Part shown: positions 60,181 to 64,000 of the stretch, in pieces | How positions within the stretch are numbered: position 1 is the stretch's first letter | How the letters are laid out: the number at the start of each line of letters is the position of its first letter | DNA from: Armatimonadota bacterium | Lineage (GTDB): Bacteria > Armatimonadota > Zipacnadia > Zipacnadales > FEN-943 | Reading direction: 5' to 3' | NCBI GenBank assembly: GCA_003170595.1 | Contig: PMZA01000195.1 | Coordinates: 80 to 64,079 of the forward strand | DNA: 64,000 bases | Translations under genes and position numbers: made by a program | Notes under the pieces: model-generated | What the model was told of the DNA's origin: nothing | Database searches by the model: none | What the model saw: only the letters and a program-made list of their open reading frames with translations

Positions 60181-62850
60181 CTACCGCAGGCAATACACGT
60201 ATCCGTCCATCGATTGCAGCAGGATCGACGCCGTGCCGTCGCCAGTGACGTCGGCGATGCAGGGCGGGCCGGCGGAGTCTGGCACGTCGACGCGCCACAA
60301 AAGCGCGCCGCCATCGCCTGCGGGCGTGGTGCCGATGCAGCAGAGGGCGTTCCAGTAGAGCAGCAGGGCCTCATCGCGCCCGTCGCCGTTGATGTCGGCG
60401 CTGGCGGTCGATGAAGGGGTGCCGTCGAGAGGCGGCTTCATCCTCCACTTCACGCGGCCAGTCGCGGCGTCGTAGCAGCGGAGGCCGTCAGCGTAGGGGC
60501 CGTTGATCGCCTCCATGCGTCCGTCGCCGTCGAAGTCGCCAAGGGCCGGATAGGACGACGGCCCCTGGTCGAGGGCGTCCCACCACGCGAGCGTCCCATC
60601 GGCGCGGACCAGGCCGGTCATCGAGCCGCGGAAGCCGGCGAAGAAGGTGGAGGTCCTACCCGTGCGCTCGAAGTCGCCGGCGATGGGGTTGCCCCAGTAG
60701 ACGGGCTTCGCCGGCACGGGCGGCCAGGTGGTGTCCATCGCAAGGATGTCCCTCCCGGTGGCGCCGTCGAGGACGTAGTAGATGCTCGGGTGGAAGGAGG
60801 CGGCGTCATCGAGGCCGTCGCCGTCGTAGTCGGCCACGGCGAAGGGGATGCCTCCGACGCCGCGGCTGCTGATCTCGCGGTTGCGCCGCCAGACCTCGTG
60901 GCCATCGCGGCCGGAGAGCAGGCATGTCTCCTCGCTGTGCATCATCGAGCGGCGGACGGTGACGAGGACGTCCATCGTGCGGCGGTCGGTAAAGTGGGCG
61001 GCCTGCCAGAAGATGATGCCGCCGGTGTTCCAGACAGGCGGCGTGCCGGGGATCGACGGGAAGTCGTGGGTCCAGACCGGGCGGAGGTCGAGGTCGGCTG
61101 CGACGAGGCGACCGCAACCGCTCGGCGCGGAGGTCGCGTAGATCACCTGCCGCTCGCCGTCGCCGCCAAGGTCGGCGAGGACGATGCCCTTCGAGTCCGC
61201 CGGCCAGTTGCTGTTCTGCGAGCGACCGGATGTGCGCCAGACCTCCTCGGCAGGCTTGTCGCCGACGGGTGGGCGGAACGCCACGAGGTCCTCATCGGCG
61301 CCCTGCACGATCACGAGCGGGCGTGCCTGACCTGGCTGCCGCGCGACGACTGCCTGGCCGGGAGGGCCGCCGCGCGGCGATGCGCAGAGGGTCGTTGCTT
61401 TGCCCGCGACAACGGTGAGGTTGAGGGGCGTGCCCGGCGGTGATGTTGCGCGGACGAGAAGGTTGCCGCTCCCGTCGAGGGCAAGGGCATCGAGGTCGCG
61501 ACCGCTCAGACCGGAGCCCAGGGTGAAGCCACTCTTGCCCCAGGTTGCGACGCGTAGCGCCACGTCGCCGTTGGCGGCTGGTTGACGGATCGCAACGCGG
61601 GCGGGCGCCCTCTCGGCCCTGCAGAGGACGTCGCGCTGGGCGAAGGTCGCGGTGCTGTTGACGTTGGGTGGGAGCGGCGGATCCCAGGTCTGCCACGCCG
61701 CGTCACGCATCTGCCACAGCGTCCTGACCTCCCCGCCGCGCAGGCTGCGCACGAGGATGGTCCCGCGCGACGGCACGCCCGCGCCGGTCGTGCGCACGGT
61801 CAGAAGCTCGGACACTCCGTCGCCGTTGACGTCGGCGATGCCCTGCAGCGTCTCGTCGACGAGGTCGGCCTTCACCGCACCCGTCATGCCGTCGTGGACG
61901 ATGACGTGCCACCGCCCGTCCCCAGTGCCGTTGAAGAGGTTGAGCACGACCTCCAGCTTGCCGTCACCGTCGACATCGGCGGCTGGCCGCGGATAGGCGC
62001 GGAGGATCTTCTGCGCGTTGGTGATGTCGGTCTCGATGTTCTCCTGCCAGAGGAGGGCGAGCTTGCCGCCGCGATAGCCCAGCACGTCGACATGCTTGCA
62101 GAAATCGGCGACCACGACGAACTCGCTCTTGCCGTCGCCCTGCGACGCTTCGCGTCGCCCGAGGTCGTAGACGCCGAAGAAGCCGTAGCTGCGGGCCTCG
62201 GTGAAGCGGCAGCGATTCTTGATCTTGCCGGTGCGGGCGTCGAGAAGGAGCAGGTCGTACCAGGGCAGGATCGCGATCCCGGGCTGGCCGTCGCCGTCGA
62301 AATCGCCGACGATCGGGAGCGGCTGGAAGAGCATGTCGATGGGCTCGGTCTGCCAGACCTGCGCCCACTTGCCGTCCTTCCACGCGAAGCAGCGGCCGAC
62401 GCAGGGCTGCCACTGGCCGTTGACCGTGGGCACGTTGAAGCCGCTCTCAAACTCGATCTTCTGGAGGCCGGGGACGTCGGAGAGGACGTGGGCATAGGTC
62501 GTTGTGGAGGTCGGAGGGTTGGGGGATGTCAGCCCCCACTCCGGATCGCTGAGGACGGGCGATGTGGCGGGAAGGCCCGGGGGCGAGGTCGCTACCTTCG
62601 AGTCGCCATGCCCGGGCTCAAGCTTGAGGAAGGTATCGGTCACACCGACGAACTGCTTCCACACGATCTTCGGCTGAGTGACGTGTCCCACGAGGCGTGA
62701 GCGGCCGTCGAGGGTTGGGTCGCCACGGTAGCACGGCCATTCCCCCGCCGAGGCGAACGAGTCCGCCGACGCGGTTGCCGCGAGACAACCTACCGCCAAG
62801 AGCAGTCCTAAGCGCCTTGCCCAGCCTTCCCCGTGGCTCAGGCCGTGCAT
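60181..62850 (-). CDS. Gene Y: 889-aa secreted FG-GAP/VCBS-repeat beta-propeller protein
   Basis: Signal peptide ARRLGLLLAVGCLAATASA. Eight D-x-(D/N/G)-G-D-G Ca-binding-type motifs: GDFDGDGQPG (aa 182), ADVDGDGKLE (290), ADVNGDGVSE (339), ADLGGDGERQ (559), ADYDGDGLDD (673), GDFDGDGRME (771), ADINGDGRDE (818), ADVTGDGTAS (866). One degenerate copy, GDFERTGR, at aa 725. Confidence 0.85.
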   Translation of the reverse strand: MHGLSHGEGWARRLGLLLAVGCLAATASADSFASAGEWPCYRGDPTLDGRSRLVGHVTQPKIVWKQFVGVTDTFLKLEPGHGDSKVATSPPGLPATSPVLSDPEWGLTSPNPPTSTTTYAHVLSDVPGLQKIEFESGFNVPTVNGQWQPCVGRCFAWKDGKWAQVWQTEPIDMLFQPLPIVGDFDGDGQPGIAILPWYDLLLLDARTGKIKNRCRFTEARSYGFFGVYDLGRREASQGDGKSEFVVVADFCKHVDVLGYRGGKLALLWQENIETDITNAQKILRAYPRPAADVDGDGKLEVVLNLFNGTGDGRWHVIVHDGMTGAVKADLVDETLQGIADVNGDGVSELLTVRTTGAGVPSRGTILVRSLRGGEVRTLWQMRDAAWQTWDPPLPPNVNSTATFAQRDVLCRAERAPARVAIRQPAANGDVALRVATWGKSGFTLGSGLSGRDLDALALDGSGNLLVRATSPPGTPLNLTVVAGKATTLCASPRGGPPGQAVVARQPGQARPLVIVQGADEDLVAFRPPVGDKPAEEVWRTSGRSQNSNWPADSKGIVLADLGGDGERQVIYATSAPSGCGRLVAADLDLRPVWTHDFPSIPGTPPVWNTGGIIFWQAAHFTDRRTMDVLVTVRRSMMHSEETCLLSGRDGHEVWRRNREISSRGVGGIPFAVADYDGDGLDDAASFHPSIYYVLDGATGRDILAMDTTWPPVPAKPVYWGNPIAGDFERTGRTSTFFAGFRGSMTGLVRADGTLAWWDALDQGPSSYPALGDFDGDGRMEAINGPYADGLRCYDAATGRVKWRMKPPLDGTPSSTASADINGDGRDEALLLYWNALCCIGTTPAGDGGALLWRVDVPDSAGPPCIADVTGDGTASILLQSMDGYVYCLR

Positions 62851-62859
62851 GTCGAGAGG

Positions 62860-64000
62860 CTAATCCTCCTGGACGTATACCGGGCTGCCGGTGAGGTGCA
62901 GCTTCACCCGCCCGTGGTCGACCTGGACGGGCTGGGCGACCCCCTCGCGATTGAGGAGCGTCACCTTGCCCGCGCGGACAGGAAGAGTCACGTCCGCTTC
63001 CCCCTTTTCCTTCCACATGACAGTGATACGTCGCTGCGAGGCGGTGAACTGGTAGGCACGCACCCCCGCCCCGAGCTTCACCGGGCCGACGTACTCGGTG
63101 CCGTGGAGGAGCCCGGTCATCGTGCGGAAGGCGTAGAAGGAGGGCTTGGGCTCACCCATGGGCGTGGCGGGAGTCGTGCGCGGGTCGAAGCGGAAGAGCC
63201 CCTGCCACATGATCATGTCCACGCGCTTGCTTCCGTAGGGCTTCTCGTCCAGCTCGAAGGTCCACTCGAGCTTGTCGATGTTGTTGGCGATGGAGAGGAC
63301 GTAGATGCGGACGATGTTATCGGCCTGAGTCTGCTCGGTCGTGCCCTCGACACCCGACGACGCCCCGCCGCCCTCGCTGCACAGGATTGGCTTCTCGCTA
63401 TCGCCGTACTGGCTCATTAGGGCGCGGAGGGAAGCGAAGAGCGCCTCGGGTTGCTGCTCCTCGAAGGGCGCGGTGATGGCGTAGTAGTGCACGTTCATGA
63501 CGTCGAAGCTGTCGGAGGCGCCCTCGTCGTAGCACTTGCGGATGAAGTCGAGGTCCACGCCAGCAGTGTTCATGCCGACGACGCGGCAGTCGGGGTTGCC
63601 GGCCTTGCAGCCCTCATAGGCGGCCCGCTGATAGGCCGCGAGGGACCTCGCGTGAGGCCTGCTCGCCCAGTAACCGCGTGGGAAGCCGAAGACCATGTCG
63701 CGGGCGACGTTGGGCTCGATCCACGGCAGGAACCAGTCGGCGCGGCCGCGGCAATGATCGGCCACGGCGCGGAAGAGGTCGCGGGCGTCGTCGAGGTTGT
63801 CCGGGCCGTAGGTGAAGTCCTCAGGATGGCTGGGGCGCACCCAGGCCGGCGTGCCCCAGAAGGTGACGGTGAGGTTGACGCCGGATTCCTTCGCGCGCTG
63901 GATCTCGTGATCGGCCATGTCCCAGTTGAAGACGCCGCGTGACGGATTGGTGGCGCCCCAGTCCCAGTAATCGCTATACCATCGGGCGCCCGCCGCGCCC
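62860..64000 (-). CDS. Gene Z: clan GH-A (GH39/GH5-like) glycoside hydrolase; N-terminus lies beyond the window end
   Basis: The track lists only 62860-63918. The same frame stays open to 64000 (GAAGARWYSDYWDWGATNPSRGVFNWDMADHEIQRAKESG...). Motifs FLPWIEPNV (acid/base region) and PILCSEGGG (nucleophile region). Paralogous to genes B and I. Confidence 0.8.
   Translation of the reverse strand, partial: GAAGARWYSDYWDWGATNPSRGVFNWDMADHEIQRAKESGVNLTVTFWGTPAWVRPSHPEDFTYGPDNLDDARDLFRAVADHCRGRADWFLPWIEPNVARDMVFGFPRGYWASRPHARSLAAYQRAAYEGCKAGNPDCRVVGMNTAGVDLDFIRKCYDEGASDSFDVMNVHYYAITAPFEEQQPEALFASLRALMSQYGDSEKPILCSEGGGASSGVEGTTEQTQADNIVRIYVLSIANNIDKLEWTFELDEKPYGSKRVDMIMWQGLFRFDPRTTPATPMGEPKPSFYAFRTMTGLLHGTEYVGPVKLGAGVRAYQFTASQRRITVMWKEKGEADVTLPVRAGKVTLLNREGVAQPVQVDHGRVKLHLTGSPVYVQED

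Noticed and set aside
60181-62850. Periodic DNA repeats (GACGGCGACGG-like) that might suggest a repeat array or CRISPR
   Set aside because: They are the coding sequence of the DxDGDG FG-GAP calcium loops within one continuous ORF. Their spacing is irregular (about 100-650 nt), and they are not direct repeats with spacers.
1-64000. Defence systems, mobile elements, prophage, tRNA/rRNA and biosynthetic clusters
   Set aside because: I looked for integrase, transposase, recombinase, nuclease, ATPase (Walker A), toxin-antitoxin-sized gene pairs and structured RNA signatures in the intergenic regions. I found none. Every supported ORF is a CAZyme-type, sugar-metabolism, HEAT or membrane protein, so I do not claim any such system here.

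Overview
High-GC bacterial chromosomal segment (roughly two-thirds G+C by eye, not computed) that is essentially one uninterrupted carbohydrate-active-enzyme (CAZyme) mega-locus. I can support 26 protein-coding genes. Fifteen encode proteins of 780-1514 aa and about 19 begin with Sec-type signal peptides. I label the genes A-Z in coordinate order. They sit in tightly packed co-directional blocks separated by short divergent promoter regions: B-C-D-E-F (2184-14268, +), J-I-H-G (28714-14284, -), M-N (30551-34809, +), P then O (38294-34859, -), S-T-U (42868-52191, +) and Z-Y-X-W-V (beyond 64000 to 52244, -). Catalytic modules recognised by eye: a GH36-like alpha-galactosidase with NPCBM, three clan GH-A GH39/GH5-like barrels, a GH43-like propeller, a WbsX-like barrel, GH127 (DUF1680) fused to DUF2341+LamG, three GH42-like barrels, a GH5-like barrel, a GH9 with Ig-like N-domain, a possible GH67/GH115-like barrel and an FG-GAP propeller. 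Many LamG, CBM4_9, CBM9 and NEW3-like accessory modules accompany them. Non-secreted genes are a Gfo/Idh/MocA oxidoreductase, two xylose-isomerase-like TIM-barrel proteins, a HEAT-repeat protein, a DUF1003-like small membrane protein and an MgtC/DUF4010 membrane protein. Six large proteins (F, G, N, P, T, U) have cores I cannot assign to any family; N and P are paralogues of each other. These unassigned giants are the best candidates for something undescribed. I saw no rRNA, tRNA, CRISPR, transposase/integrase, transporter or DNA-binding regulator. The supplied ORF track misses the two genes that run off the window edges, over-extends about ten 5' ends, and contains many long antisense ORFs that are GC-bias artefacts. 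All family assignments are by-eye motif recognition and need HMM or structure confirmation.
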